Assembly (NCBI RefSeq): GCF_024521635.1
Contig: NW_026250422.1
Coordinates: forward strand, 124,001 to 188,000
Length of the DNA: 64,000 nucleotides
Direction of reading: 5' to 3'
Source: Tricharina praecox
Taxonomy: Eukaryota
Position 1 is the stretch's first letter. Every line of letters starts with the position of its first letter. Made by a program: the position numbers and the translations under genes. Positions 50,611-63,697 of this stretch are shown here, one piece after another. A model generated the notes under the pieces. That model was given only the letters and a program-made list of their open reading frames with translations. It ran no database searches and had not been told where the DNA came from.

Positions 50611-52277
50611 ATGGCACCACTAACGTTGATCGATATCCTCTCTAACGAGTACTTGCTGTTACATACCACCCCATATCTACTACCGACCGAGCTGCTGGCG
50701 CTCGGGCTCTGTTCCCGCAGCTACCATTCTCTGATAACGCACTCACGCTCAGTGTGGCGACACCTGAACCTGTCCCTCTCGCCATCGCAGCAGACAGCCA
50801 CATTCACATCCACAGCGATCGCACAACGGACACTAACACCACGGTATCAGTCCGAGCTACACACGTTGCTGCAAAAGCCCTTCGTCCTCCGCGATGTCAA
50901 GACTCTCGTTCTCGACGGTCTACCAGCGACTGTAGAGCTACTGCACGACCTGTTGAACGGGAGCACCTGCCGGCTACAACTACTCTCAATCCGCGAATGC
51001 AGCACAATCAACGAGCGGGAGCTAATGCTACTATTCCAATACCTGGTGCGACCATCACGGGAAACACCTCCGTCGCTGAAGGGCTGCTACCTATTCGGCA
51101 GCATGGACTCCCCAGGCGGGATCTTCCCCTCCGCGCTGAAGCCGCGCGACACCAGCGCCCGCGGCCGCTTCATCAACCCCGCCATCTTGAGCCGCGACTG
51201 GGTCGGCATCCTGAAGGCGTGCGAGGGCACGATCGCGTTCGACACGCGGCTGTGCACGGGGCCGCGCCACAGCGGCGACGGCGACGGTTTCCTCGAGCCA
51301 AGGGTCGCGAATATTAGGCTTGCGGGCGGGTGCGCGGGCTGCGGGTCCTCGCCGGAGGCGCGGCGGCGGGGCGGCGCGGACGCCCTGCCAAGGGTCGTGT
51401 ACCCGCCGGTCCCGCTGTTGAGCTCGGATATTCGTGTGGCGTGTAAGGCTGCTGAGGCCCGCGAGGGGGATGTTCTCCGCTGCGAGGACTGCGCGAAGGA
51501 GCGGTGGTGCGAGCGCTGCGGGAAGTGGTGGTGCGAAGCTTGCGGGGCGAGGGACGGCGACAAGGTACGAAGACTGGCCCTCCATCAGATGATATTCCGG
51601 CCGTCCCTGTGGACGGGCGCGAGGAGGGGTAGGGGAAGGAGGATGTCCTGCTGCCCCCCACACCCCGCGACAGAACGTTAAGAGCTGACGACGACCCCGT
51701 GTGTTCTCCCCGCTACAGAAACTTGTCTCGCTCGACTGCTACGAGTGCGGGATGATTTGCGCCGACTGCACGAGGTGCACGAGTCGCACGTGCAAGTCTT
51801 GTCGCGGCGAGTACTGCGTGGTGCAGTACGTGGCTCCCTCCCCCCCTCCTTGTCCTACCTAGATCTCTGCTGACATCACCACGAACGTGCAGTAACACTG
51901 GAGCGGATAATAACTGGGTTCGTCTTAACCCTCCGAATTTTGTGCTTCCTGGCCAGCGCTGCATTTGTCTGTTCTGGAGCAATGCCTGGATAGACGGCCG
52001 AGGATGACCCCGTGACGTCCATCGTCCATCCAGGTTGTTGTTTCATGGATGACGTTGCATTCGTTTCTACATGGATTCAGATGGCCCCCACCCCACGGGA
52101 GGGGAGTCTATTCGCACATGTGGGACACTTGGCGCTTCTCTCTCTTTTGCAGTTGTTATTTCTTTCATCTCGAAAACCAATCGTGACAAGTGTGACCTGA
52201 CCGGACCTGACCTGACTTGGGTACGACGACAGTGCGAATGGTGCAACTCTCCGGAGCGAAGACTAAGAGAACTGTAA
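50611..52277 (+). CDS. F-box-like protein with Cys-rich C-terminus
   Basis: F-box-like LIDILSNEYLLLHTTPYL..LLALGLCSR; LRR-like VKTLVLDGL/LQLLSIREC; multiple CxxC motifs over downstream exons (CEDC, WCERCGKWWCEAC, CYECGMICADC, CKSC, CEWC..RRLREL). 3' exon structure approximate. Confidence 0.7.
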
Positions 52278-54948
52278 TACTCCCTCCATCTCTTGTTCTT
52301 CATCGTTCATCTTTCATCTTTCATCAGCTTCTTTCTTTCTTTAGTAGTGGCGGGGTAGAGTTTGCAGACTTGTCGCGACAATTAACCCCACCCAGCTCAC
52401 CCCACTATATCCCGCCTAACTCCCATGCAACTCCTACCTCCCCTGCCCCAGTCCCAGTCCCAGTCCCAGCCCCATACCTCCCCATTTCAGTTCAATCAAA
52501 AAGCCGAGTGCTAATAGATGTCCGCACGAGTGAATAGGCACCGGAACCGAACGGACCAGTACACGCTGCAGCAGCGCGCCCGCACGCTCGCACGGCTCAA
52601 CGCTATCAGGAGCAGCCTTGGCGTTGCACGGTTCAAGGATGAGGCCATCGTGAGGAATCGGTGCTCGCTTTTGACGTTGTAGGTGAGTTATGCACCGGGG
52701 GGCTTGGGAATTTGGAGACTGGAATTGGGTTGGGGAGCTTGGGAAGCTGGAGTCGGTGTGATTTTGGGACTGGTTTATTTTGTGTTTTGTGTTTGGCGAT
52801 CTGAACTACCTACTGGACTACCTATGGGAGTTTTGGGATCGGTTTACTCTACTTACTTCTTTTTACTATTACTGTTACTGGAGCTATGGTTTTTGGTTTT
52901 CTGGTTGGTTGGGTTGCTTCGGCCTGTGGGTGTGTATCTACGGTCCTCTCTACTCTCTAGTATTCTGCTCTGTTCTATTCTGCCCTTGTTGCTGGTTACT
53001 TAGTTACGGCCTTGCTTTATGTATATATCTTCGTACGGAGTGTCACAGACGAATTGATGCTTTTCGAATGTTTCTGGAGATTTCTTCTTACATGACACTG
53101 GAGATTTCGTAACACTGGAGATGGGAATGAGTTCACGTAGAAACAGCTTGGACTAGTGGTTGCAACTCACCTAAAAGCCGGATCTAACCCCAAACCCACA
53201 GCCACCAAGTTCCCAAAGCTCACATCGACGACGGTGGGTGAAGACTAAAGACTGAAGATGCTGCGTAAGTATGTAGCGGCCATTGCCCACAGTACGTCTC
53301 GGGCCTGCAGGACGTCTCGGGTCTGCATTCTGCAATACCCGCACCCACCCCCACCCTCACCGGCCCGCCTGGGCCCTGCTCCTATGAACCCCACCCCTCC
53401 CGACCTCACCCCCCCCCCGCTCCCCACTCCACCCCACCCTGCTCCCCGTCCCGAGCGAGCATCCGCATCGCGATTCGCTACGGTCCGAGCGGGGACGACA
53501 AGGTGCGTGCATTGCCTGCCACTGCCACTGCCACTAGATCGGCGAGCCCCCGTGCAGTCCGGGATTGTCTCACGCATGTCTCTCCGAGTCTCCGATCTGT
53601 CATCCGAAAGATCCCATCGATCGTCGTGGTCGTGGTCGGTGCCCATATAGTTAGGTGCCCGGTGTTGGATTCGGGGGGCCAGACCCGATCCGGTCGGCTC
53701 AGCGTTGAAACGTCCTCTGTTGCTACGTTTATATTCGTCCTGTCGGTTGGCCTCTACATAATACGAGACAAGAGACATTATCACTACCATCAGGCATTAT
53801 TAGTAGTTCAACATCGCGGAGGTACTGTGAGGTCGTTCGGCCTGAAGAACACAGGCTGCTTTGTTTTCTTGTTGCTTTCCAGTCAATTGAATCAGTCTCG
53901 CCAGTTGCCCGTTGCTACCTGTCGGAGGCCTCTCGCCGGAAAAGACGAGTGCTTCAAATTGCCAATTACGGACGCGGGGCAAGGGCGGCGAGTCATGCTG
54001 TATCACTCATCGAGGATCTCCGCTCCTCGGCCGCTCCGCAGTTTTCGGTGCGCGTTGGCGGGGGGACAACGCGGGGTGGGGTTCCTTGGCGCGCTCCATA
54101 TATCTACCGGTACGGGAATGGCCAGGGCGGACTCCGGAGGGCAGGGGGGTGATAACGGTTCACGGCCGGGCAGGCCGGACTTTAGCCGGGTCTGGACCGT
54201 TGACAGTGAAGGAGGAATCGGCGGGAGCTTATTGCCGTGACTCGTGAGCACCCCAAATTGCTTAATTGGCGATCGTCCTCTCATGCTTACTCAAGTGGGT
54301 ATCGTCTTCCCGACATCCACCGTTCTCTCGCCATTGGCATTAGCTTGCTGGATATCCAAATAGCCATCTACGGTGTACCTGACACAAAGCCGAAACACAG
54401 AACAAAACAGTATGAATCCCCTAGTTTCTCTGTACCGGTATGTACCTAAACTGCCTTCGTTCGGTATTTCTACAACCTCAAGATCCTCCTCAGATAGCAT
54501 AATCGACAACCCTCTATGTCTATCGAAATCGACATTCCCCTCCACATTCCTATCGATAGGTCATGGTAGATGGCAGGGGATGTAATCGCTGACATCTGTG
54601 CTCGTGTAAGCCGAAATATCTAGTGCAAAGCCGTACCTACACATCCCTTGTCATCCTGATACTCATAAACACCTCACCGTCTTCTCGTGCATCATTTCAT
54701 TCGTCTGTTCTTTCCTACCGTCTCCTGCCGGGACGCACCGACTCTCACTCGCTCATCTTCGTCGCGCCACTAATAGCGTGTTTCCTCATTTCGTGTTACA
54801 TCGGGTTTTTCTTCTCGAACAACACACCTGCACTAGGTACTCTGTTAGTTAACTACCCCAGCTCCCCAAAACCCAACTCCTTCAAACCCAACTCGCATCC
54901 CCCCCTTCTCGCGCGGCGCAAAAAAAAAAAAAGAAAGCGATTCCAAAC

Positions 54949-56544
54949 ATGCAACAGCCAACGCTCAAACGCCCGCGATCGGACACGTCCTACGCCGAAA
55001 TCCCCCAGCCACAGTCCTACATGCCGCCCAGTTACAACTCGCAATTCCAGCCGCCGCTGTCGTCGTCGTTCAACCCAGCGCTCCCGATCGCGACCAGTGG
55101 CGGCGTCGGCGGCATTGGCGATGCCGTGAGTAGCTACGAGCACCCGCCCATCAACCACTACAACAACAACAACAGCAACAACATAAGTCGGCCATCTGCG
55201 ATTCCACCCGTCGCGGCTGCACAGTTACAGCAGCAATATGACTACCCCCCATTACCCCCGTCGCCATCACCGGTTCTCCAGCAGCAACAGATACAGCAGC
55301 AGCAGCAGCAGCAACGGCAGCTGCAACAACAACGTCTGCAGCAACAGCAACGGCTACAGCTACAGCAGCAGATACAGCAAGAGCTACACCAACAGCACCA
55401 GTTACAGCTACACCAGCAGCAGCAACAGCAGCAGCAGCAACGCCCGACTCCTCAACAGCAGGCCCTATACCACCAGCAGTGCCTGCAGCAGCAAGCCGCG
55501 ACGTCGCAGCTCGTGCAGCGGCAGATCGAGACGCGGCAGATCCTGCAAGTCGAGCTCCTTCGCGCACGCGGTCTGCAATGGGGCAGCCTCGAAGTCATTA
55601 TGACGAACGCGGAGGGCGTTCCGTACGGCCTCGAAGAGCAGCGACAATTCGAGTTCGAGAACAGATTGGCAAAGCTGGGATTGTATACGCGCGGCGATCA
55701 GCGCGTTCCCCTCGAGGCGTTCGTGAGCTATCCTGCGGCGCCCACCCCCACTTCCCCCCCTACCGCTCCACCGCCGGTCACCATGATGCAGCAGCAGCAG
55801 CCACAGGCATCGCAGCCGCCGCCGCCGCCGCCACCGCAGCCACCCGTCTCGATGCCGGGCTCGCTAGCGACGCCGACGCCCTCGCCGCAGCTCCTGCGCA
55901 CGCCAGCGAAAGCGGAGATCACTCACGCGTTCCTGAGCGTGCTGCCGGCCTCGGTGCAGCAGACGCTGCTGCTGACGGCGATCAAGATGCACCCTGACAT
56001 CTACACGCTCGCGGTAGCGGCGCGCGCGGAGGAGGCGGCGCGGCAGGCGGCGGCGATCCATCTCAGTTTCGACGAGCTCGCCAAGACGTGTTGGCACGAG
56101 ATCAACTCCGCCTACAGGGGCCTGCGCGACTCCCAGCTCTACACGATCGCCGGAAAGGTCCGCGAGACCGTCCTCGATATCCTCCGCGACGATATCCTGG
56201 CCAAGGTCGCCGACGATAGCAGCTACGAGACGAAACGCAGTGCCCTCGAGACCCTGCGCAAGATTGGAAAGACGTGCTGGATGGCTCAGCTGAGATACAT
56301 CGATGAGTGTGTCGCCGACGACGAGGTGATGAAGGTCATCGGTGACGGCATGGAGGGCGTCGCCGAGAGCATGAGCATCGGCGAGAGGATCCTGTTCCTC
56401 GACGATAATCCGCTGTGGCTCGAAAGCTGCTCCGAGCTCTGGAACATGTGGGTCGCGGACGAAAATGTCGCCGTCAGGCTGGACGGCGGGCTGGCCGAGG
56501 TTATGAGGCTGTTTGGAGAAAGTATCCCGACGGGACTTCAGTGA
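54949..56544 (+). CDS. Uncharacterised protein: Q/P-rich low-complexity N-half, helical C-domain
   Basis: 531-aa intronless ORF with coding-like GC3; C-domain SFDELAK..Y..SQLY..AG.V..ETKRSALETLRKIGKT. Confidence 0.8.
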   Translation: MQQPTLKRPRSDTSYAEIPQPQSYMPPSYNSQFQPPLSSSFNPALPIATSGGVGGIGDAVSSYEHPPINHYNNNNSNNISRPSAIPPVAAAQLQQQYDYPPLPPSPSPVLQQQQIQQQQQQQRQLQQQRLQQQQRLQLQQQIQQELHQQHQLQLHQQQQQQQQQRPTPQQQALYHQQCLQQQAATSQLVQRQIETRQILQVELLRARGLQWGSLEVIMTNAEGVPYGLEEQRQFEFENRLAKLGLYTRGDQRVPLEAFVSYPAAPTPTSPPTAPPPVTMMQQQQPQASQPPPPPPPQPPVSMPGSLATPTPSPQLLRTPAKAEITHAFLSVLPASVQQTLLLTAIKMHPDIYTLAVAARAEEAARQAAAIHLSFDELAKTCWHEINSAYRGLRDSQLYTIAGKVRETVLDILRDDILAKVADDSSYETKRSALETLRKIGKTCWMAQLRYIDECVADDEVMKVIGDGMEGVAESMSIGERILFLDDNPLWLESCSELWNMWVADENVAVRLDGGLAEVMRLFGESIPTGLQ

Positions 56545-56931
56545 TCTCTCTCGCGAGTGCGTTGCGTTGGGATCTTTTTTTTTCCTCGAAAGCCTGCAGT
56601 CGGTCGGGACGTCGGGACGGGGACGTGCACATATAAAAGGGATATGGAGTTTTAATTGGCGGCATTTTTTCGAGGGCGTTTGGGATGTTGTGCTCTGATA
56701 GTGATTTCGGTGACGATGACAGTATATAGATTAGATATCACTAATAGAGAATAGAGGTGTGTACTTTATTGTTGCAAGTTGGACGTACAGTTAGCCGCAG
56801 ATGGTTGTGGCTGTTTACATCGTGTCACTCGGGATGTGTGAGTTAGGGCTAGTCTATCTGTGCTGTTGCTATATATCTCGATCACAGTGGCTACTGCCAG
56901 CTCCACGACAATTCATCACAAACTCCAAACA

Positions 56932-58260
56932 ATGCCATTCTCCTCCTCGAAGCGGCCGGCAGCTTCAAGAACCCACCCCCAAGAGTACATCGCGCGCATC
57001 CGCTTCAACAATACTCTCCCCGCCCCTCATGGTTCCCCGAAGCTGCTCAACATCGCCAACACCGCCTTCTCGCAATACACCTCTCCCGCCTTCGCCTCAG
57101 AGCTGGCGCGGTCGATGCCAATCAACATCGAGCCAGACTGCGAACTCGGCATGCCACTGGACCTACTCCCCCTCTCTTGCGCTCTGTCAGGGGACCTAAC
57201 CCCGCTGTGTCCGCTCCTCCCCCCACAGGCACTCGACCCCCGTGACCGCGCCCTGCTGCGCACCCCCGCCTCCCTCGGCAAGCCTGCGCACAGCCTCGTC
57301 ACCGGCGGCAGCAGCGTCTCCTTCCTGCGGCGCACGGAGTACATCTCGTCCGAGCAGGCGAAGTCGTCGTTTCGCTCGACGACGTCGCGACAACTCGTTG
57401 CGCTCTCGGGGAGGGCGCGGCGCTCGGCGGTGGCGGCGCCGGCGCCGAGCCCCCAGGATAATGACCCCGTATGCATCCTCGCCGCGGTGCTGAGGGGGTT
57501 TGATGTGGCGAATCCGGGCGTAGATGGTGCCGTGACGTATTCCGCGTTTGAGGATAGCAAGGCGGCGGACGCGGAGCGTAGCTGGAGGACCCTGAAACAT
57601 CCGGTCAAACACGGCCTCAAGCCGCTCGAGACGTTCCCGCTGATCCCGCACCTCGAGGGGATGAGCGATTCGGGCGGGTACTTGCTCGCCATATTCCAGT
57701 CGTCGCCGACGGATGAGGACCGCGACGGCTGCAGAGACTACAGGGTCGACGTGGGCCTGCTCACGCCGGCAGAGCCCACCGACTGCATCAGCGAGGAGGG
57801 AACATACTTCTTCGATCTGTACGTCCCGCACTCCAACCGCACCGCCAAAGCCGTCAAGCGCAAACTCGCCGACACAGAGGACTTGGAATTTGACGACGAC
57901 CGCAAGTTCCTCTACAAGTACGTCCGCCGCTACGAGGCGCGGGATCCGTTTGATGCTGGATACACGGCGTTCGATACGCAGCCCGATGAGGTAGCGATGT
58001 GTCTGCAGGCCGGCGACAAAGAGGGAGGGCCCCGTGGAGCGTACTTCTATCCCATCCATGCAAAGTACAGCCTCCGGCCAAAGGGGAAGACGAAGTTCGC
58101 CCACCTGGGTGATTTGGAGAAGGAGGAGGGGCCAGATGCGGAGGCGATTAAGCTCAAGATTAGGGACCTCAACCACGTAGAGAAGTGGAAGAGGGCGGGA
58201 AATGTTGCGTGCTACGAGGGTAAGGGAGGTGAGCCACGGACCCCGCCGAGACGATCATAG
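56932..58260 (+). CDS. PAF1: Paf1-family protein (RNA Pol II-associated factor 1), divergent, intronless
   Basis: QEYIARIRFNNTLPAP..PKLL; YTSPAFASELARSMPINIEPDCELGMPLDL; DPRDRALLR; VSFLRRTEYISS; KHPVK..L; YKYVRRYE; GAYFYPI. Confidence 0.85.
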   Translation: MPFSSSKRPAASRTHPQEYIARIRFNNTLPAPHGSPKLLNIANTAFSQYTSPAFASELARSMPINIEPDCELGMPLDLLPLSCALSGDLTPLCPLLPPQALDPRDRALLRTPASLGKPAHSLVTGGSSVSFLRRTEYISSEQAKSSFRSTTSRQLVALSGRARRSAVAAPAPSPQDNDPVCILAAVLRGFDVANPGVDGAVTYSAFEDSKAADAERSWRTLKHPVKHGLKPLETFPLIPHLEGMSDSGGYLLAIFQSSPTDEDRDGCRDYRVDVGLLTPAEPTDCISEEGTYFFDLYVPHSNRTAKAVKRKLADTEDLEFDDDRKFLYKYVRRYEARDPFDAGYTAFDTQPDEVAMCLQAGDKEGGPRGAYFYPIHAKYSLRPKGKTKFAHLGDLEKEEGPDAEAIKLKIRDLNHVEKWKRAGNVACYEGKGGEPRTPPRRS

Positions 58261-58660
58261 GGGTGCTTTTGACGATCTTGACGATCTTGACGAGTGATGA
58301 TGACGATGATGACGATGATACCCCATAGTAAATGACAGACGAGTAATTGAAGTGTAGAAGCCTCAACTATGTGCAGGCCCAATCGTGATACCATCGCCCT
58401 CAAACATATCGCATTGTGATCATTCGCAATTCATTCCTTGGCACCTCTCCTTTGCCTAGTAGTTGCGCAGGGTTTCATGGGGAGGTCGATCTCGCACTGG
58501 GGCCCCCTGCAGCCTGATCGCACCACGCACGCGAATCTCACTCCCGCGTGCGCGGCGCGCCTTGGCAGGGCCGGGTGTGTGTGTGGCTGTGGCAACCTTA
58601 TCCGCACCACCCCCCTCCCTCCCCCACTCCCGCTCCACGCACGTCATCCATCCATCCGCA

Positions 58661-59171
58661 ATGTTCTCCACGTCCCCGTTCCCGCTACCAGTAGCTCTCC
58701 TCATCGTGCTCGTGTTGCTCGCCCTCTCCCTCCCCTCCTCAGCCGCCTCGAGCTCCCTGCTGTTCTGCAAATGCACGTGCTTCACCAACAGCACCATCAT
58801 CCCGCTGCCCGCGACGGGCAACTGCAACGACTGCAATCGCCAGTTCTGCATCGACTATAACCTGCCCATATGCAAGACGGCCAAGGAGGCGGATGTGGTT
58901 ACGACCTGCTTTCGTGCGCCCCCCCCCCCCCTCCCCTTCCTTTCATAGCCGCGCAAAACAAAACAAAGAGGAGAGATGGATGGCTGATGATATAATGTGC
59001 TGGGCTGCAGAGCGCGACTCCCTCAAAGATCAGGTCGTCGTCTGCGTCTTCATCTTTGCTACCGTGGGACTGCTGGCATGGGCCGTCATTAGGCCGTGCG
59101 CGAACAGGTGGGTCGAGCAGGCGAGGCGAGGCATGAGGGGGTATCAAGGTGTTCCTGCGGCGGAGAGGTAG
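58661..59171 (+). CDS. Small fungal Cys-rich single-pass membrane protein
   Basis: Signal peptide; FCKCTCFTNSTIIPL..CNDCNRQFC..C..TTCF|QRDSLKDQ; TM VVVCVFIFATVGLLAWAVI; one GT-AG intron. Confidence 0.8.
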
Positions 59172-59591
59172 CGGAAGGGGGAAAGATATGTAATGCAGAG
59201 TGCAAGATACCTGGCGCGGTTGCTTTTGATGATACGGTAGTCACGCAAAACGTCCAGTACGTGTTGATATAAGAAGAAAAGGGCCTGGTGCTTGCTTGCG
59301 GTCTCCGCTCCGCTGGAGATCTGGTCGTCGGGACTGACTTTATGTCTATGTCTGTGTACCACTGGAGGTATCGCGTGTTGACGGATAAATCGCGAATCCA
59401 ACCGTGTCACTGTCTAGAACTACTGCCAATGTGTACTGAGCTTCTGACGCCGTACCTACACCATCTCGGGATCATGGGGTGGTTGAGTGGCAATGATATC
59501 GCATCGTCCATTCCACGTTCAACGACCGCCTTGAACCTTCCAACCAGTGTCGTGAGAAGACAATCCGATAGTAATACATAAAAGATACATA

Positions 59592-59664
59592 CTGTATAGT
59601 GAAGGGGGGGGGGGGGGGGGGGGGGTAAAAAATACGCTTTTTACCCCCCACCTTCACTATATAG
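59592..59664. mobile_element. TA-flanked 73-bp foldback (minimal MITE-like element)
   Basis: TA|CTGTATAGTGAA(G22)TAAAAA-ATACGC-TTTTTACCCCCCACCTTCACTATATAG|TA. The arms are reverse complements apart from one mismatch and the expanded G run. Confidence 0.6.
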
Positions 59665-62600
59665 TAGATTTCGACAGTGTGAGTGTTCCCCGGTGTTGTG
59701 GCAATGAAGGCACATCTTTTGTCAGTGCTATGACGGTATGCCAGGCTAGCCAGCTATGAGTCGGCACCGGTAAGAAAGGCATATGACGACGGATGCTAAT
59801 GAGGGAGAAGTGGAGGAAGGCAGCGTGAACTGTCGTCAAGATGGCCTCGAAGTTGGTCCGGTGTTGGTCCGGTGTTGGTACATAACTACGTTACGATTCT
59901 CCAACGGATGGGATGGGATGGGATTATGCGCTCTGTATGCGTTTCTGTACATAGGGGACGGGAGTCAACAGGAAATCAATCATACTCAAGTGCGGAGTGC
60001 GGAGTCCCCGCAACCAAAGAGGAGTACCAGCCACGGATCCGCTCGTCTCAAATTGAATCGAGTCCAAACCAGAGATTCCGGAAATTGAAGAACTTGAAGT
60101 GAGGGCATTCGTGTCCGGCCGGCCGGCTGCATGAATTGAACCTATCCGAAAAACAAAACCGCTCGGGAGTCTAGTATATATACGGATGTGATTGTTTGCT
60201 TGGATTCAATGTCCGGGAAGCTAGCAGTCATCGGCACTTGCCGGCAGACTTCATAATACCGTCGACAGCAATGGGAATTCACACACACTCGCCTGGCAGC
60301 GGTGGATACAACGAGCGGATGTGGGATATTCCAATCATCAGCGTGTGTTGAATCTGAAAAGCCTGGAAGTTTGTCTGTCTGGTAGGTACCTAGCCGACGC
60401 TGGTTTTCCGTGGAGGAATCGGCTGTCGTGAACCGTGAAGTTGTGATGCGAGGAAACCCAACCTGCAGGAAGAACGGTGGAGCCGGATGGTGGATCCGAA
60501 TGGTGGTGATGGCAGAACTAGCCAAATCGGGTAGCACATAACTTTGTAGGCAGTGGAGGAGAGCCATATTACCGTAGATGGCTCTTCGAAGTTGAATAAA
60601 ACCTCAACGTCTCCATTATCCTTCATTTTCGCCGTTTCACTTTCAGGAATACGTTAGAGCAGAGCTACCGTACATATGTAATCGACAGATGTGCCTTCGA
60701 GAACCTATTGACCGCGGGCACCATGCCTCTTGGAGCAAGCGTCGACGTTCCAAAATCTAGCTCAACATTGTCCACATCGGCCACTGCGCCAACCAAACCC
60801 ATCCCCATCTTTCCCCTCCACCTCCTACCGGCACTATCTAACGACAATGTTTCACCTACATATCTCCAGCCCTCCACCCAGTGCACAACCAAACATCTGT
60901 CATGTATCTCCGACCGCGCTGATATTATCTTTCTCACGAGCACATGTTATTTCCGGAATCGAGCCGGTTAGCGCAGGCTCGCATCGGTAACCTTAATCAG
61001 ACAACCACTCGTGCGGGGCCTCACTTCCTTTCAGTCTGATGACCGCACTAGGCGTGCCCATATATATTCCCATACCGTTGCGATCCTTCAAGCGGCCTCA
61101 CTCAGGCAGCTTTGGGGACCGGGTCCGAGGAATCTGGGCGTCAGCCATAACCTGAATGTGATGGCTGGCGGTTCCGTTCTTGGATTGCAGGTGTGGGAGG
61201 AGTTGATGATTGGTTTGACCATGCGTGGGAAGCCATGAGCGGCGAGAATGAAATCAGAAGGAGTTTAGGCTTTTTCGCCGATCATACACAGCCCGCACAG
61301 CACACAGCACACAGCGAACGGTGTATAGTGCACAGCGAAGGAAGCGCTATCTATGGTAGCAGAAACCTGTACTCGAGCAGATGTCGTTCCGACTCCATAT
61401 CGCCCTTCTTCATGCAGCGAAATCAATTGTGCTACTGAAGGTCCGAGGAATACCTGTGATCCACTTCCAGTCCTGCGTACCAGTGCCGGCACCCGTGTTA
61501 GCCATAGCGAAGGCTTCACACCCTGCCCGGTCGCCGCGATGCAGAGCCCAGTTTTCGGGAGGAAAGGTGAAACTGAACGCTGAAATCCTCAGTCAATACG
61601 ATTCGAGCCAATCATTCCGCACAGTTGAGAACACGGGTGGAGCTTCCGCGTCTGGCGAACTAACCGACCGGCGAAACAAACTTGCTGCGAGAACAGTCCC
61701 GGTTCGCATTGCGGCTGGTTGCAGAGAGGAGCGTTACTACTTTCCCGCTACTTGGTGTTTTCCGGATATAAGCCCAGGCCATCGTTTTAACTATTCCACG
61801 GCCAACCCGGTCCACCCTCCTCGCGAGCCCTAATATCGCCGTTCACCACAGCTGAGAATCTCAGCTGAACTCACCTTGGCGGCATCGATGTGCACTGCGG
61901 TGTTCAGTTCGCATACGCATCGAGCGGGCTGCATCTCTGTACTCCGGAGTATGAATCTCACGAATCGCCATAACTATCATGGATTCACTTCTAGGCTCTA
62001 ACCAGTCTCGCTCCATGAAAACAGTTGCCGAAACCGGGCTGTGGAACTGTGCTGCGATCGATCACCAGGATAGTTACGTCTACACGTGCACCTCATTGAG
62101 GGGCCCACTGGATTACCCGCTGGGGCATCCGTTCCGAGACATTCGCTAGGTGCGATGTCGAGTGCACGGTTGGACACAGGCCAGCCGACATCGGCGGTGC
62201 GACCGCAAGGAACCCTCTCCACTCCAGGCGGCGGGGCAGGCGGAGTACGACGTTCTACGGTTCCGCACCCCCTCGGGAGGCGGGGAGACGGACTTTGGAT
62301 ATCACGCACCAGTGACCACCGCCGAAGCCGACGGAATTCGGCACGGTAAGAGGGCGCGGGCGGAAAAGTAACAGAGCGGAGGTCGTCGACACAGCAGCCC
62401 AGTCAATGCCTATCGACCGAGTGGCATCATTCGTGGCCTCTGCGTAGGTAGGCGTCGTCGCCCCGCCGCCGCGACCGTTTCAGCCCTACAATACCTACAA
62501 GCCTTGCTACGCGTAGGGTATGTAGGCATTGCGGGTCGCGGGGTAGATGGATAGATAGACTCAGCGGGAATGCGGGAAGGCTGCATGTGGGGGGCGAGGG

Positions 62601-63697
62601 TGTACGTAAGAGCGTCGGAAATCCTGCATAACGGGGCCGAGCACAAGGTGCGGGAACGCGGCAGGTTACACATGCAACATTGAGATTCGAGTTACACCGT
62701 GTCGATTGGCCTGGAGTTGCTCAGATCAATATGGCACTGTTTTGGAGCTGGAACTTGGAACCTGGATTTCGACTGAACGGTGCGCGAGATCCGATTCCGG
62801 TTCCTTAGGTCCCAGGCCCTAGGCGTCGCGGATGCTCTGGAGTCAATGGGATATTTGGTATGAACTCCTGAATAACGGATTGCTTTGCCCGGGCGTGGAC
62901 TTGCATAGTGAATAGGCATTCGAATGAATGGCTTACAGTGGAGAAATGATAGGTGGTGTTACAGCACGGATTTTGAGACGCTCGAGCACTCGCTTCGGGA
63001 TTTAGGCTGCTCTGCCATTGCAATCGTTGATCTGGTGATGCAGTTGGCAACGGTTGATCCAGGATTTCCAACCGACAAGCAGGCAGGCAGAATTCGTTTT
63101 CAGCTGAAAAGACCGGTATCACTGCATGCCTACACGCACACGTCCACGACGATGCAGACTCCGTGTTCGAGGCGTCCATGAATCTAACTGGTTACTGCAA
63201 ATCCGTCCACACCACTATCACTCACCCGGACCAGGCATGTCCGTGTCGAAACTATCACCACCACATCTAGTATCCCGCAGCTTCAGCTTCACGCCCGCTG
63301 AGGGATTTACGCCCTCCACGTCGTCCTGCTGCTGTATCGAACTCAGGGAGCTGAAGAGAATGTCGACGGCCGAACAGAGCTACGATCCAGGTGGTCACGA
63401 AGGTTCAGTTTGATAGGTTGGCTTGGAGATGCCATCACCGATGGAGATATCGTCCTCCAAGGTCACTAGTATCTTCAGAAGATCGTGGCAGAGTTCCAAA
63501 GGATAAATAGAGGGCTGTCGAACGCTTCATCTCTTCCCTTCCCTTTCTCTCCACAGCTAGAACCATCTCGAGACACTCACCCATACACACACCCACACAC
63601 ACGCACGTCTTCATCCAATCCTACCAGGTTCTCCACCTGCTCCCATCTCCTCCCCGCCTCGTTGCGAACATAACACCCTCCCAGACCACTCACCACA

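Noticed and set aside
60140..63480. Possible decayed gene(s): coding-like fragments such as 60665-60943(-) and 61193-61438(+)
   Set aside because: I could not build a consistent spliced frame or recognise a domain; BLASTx is needed.
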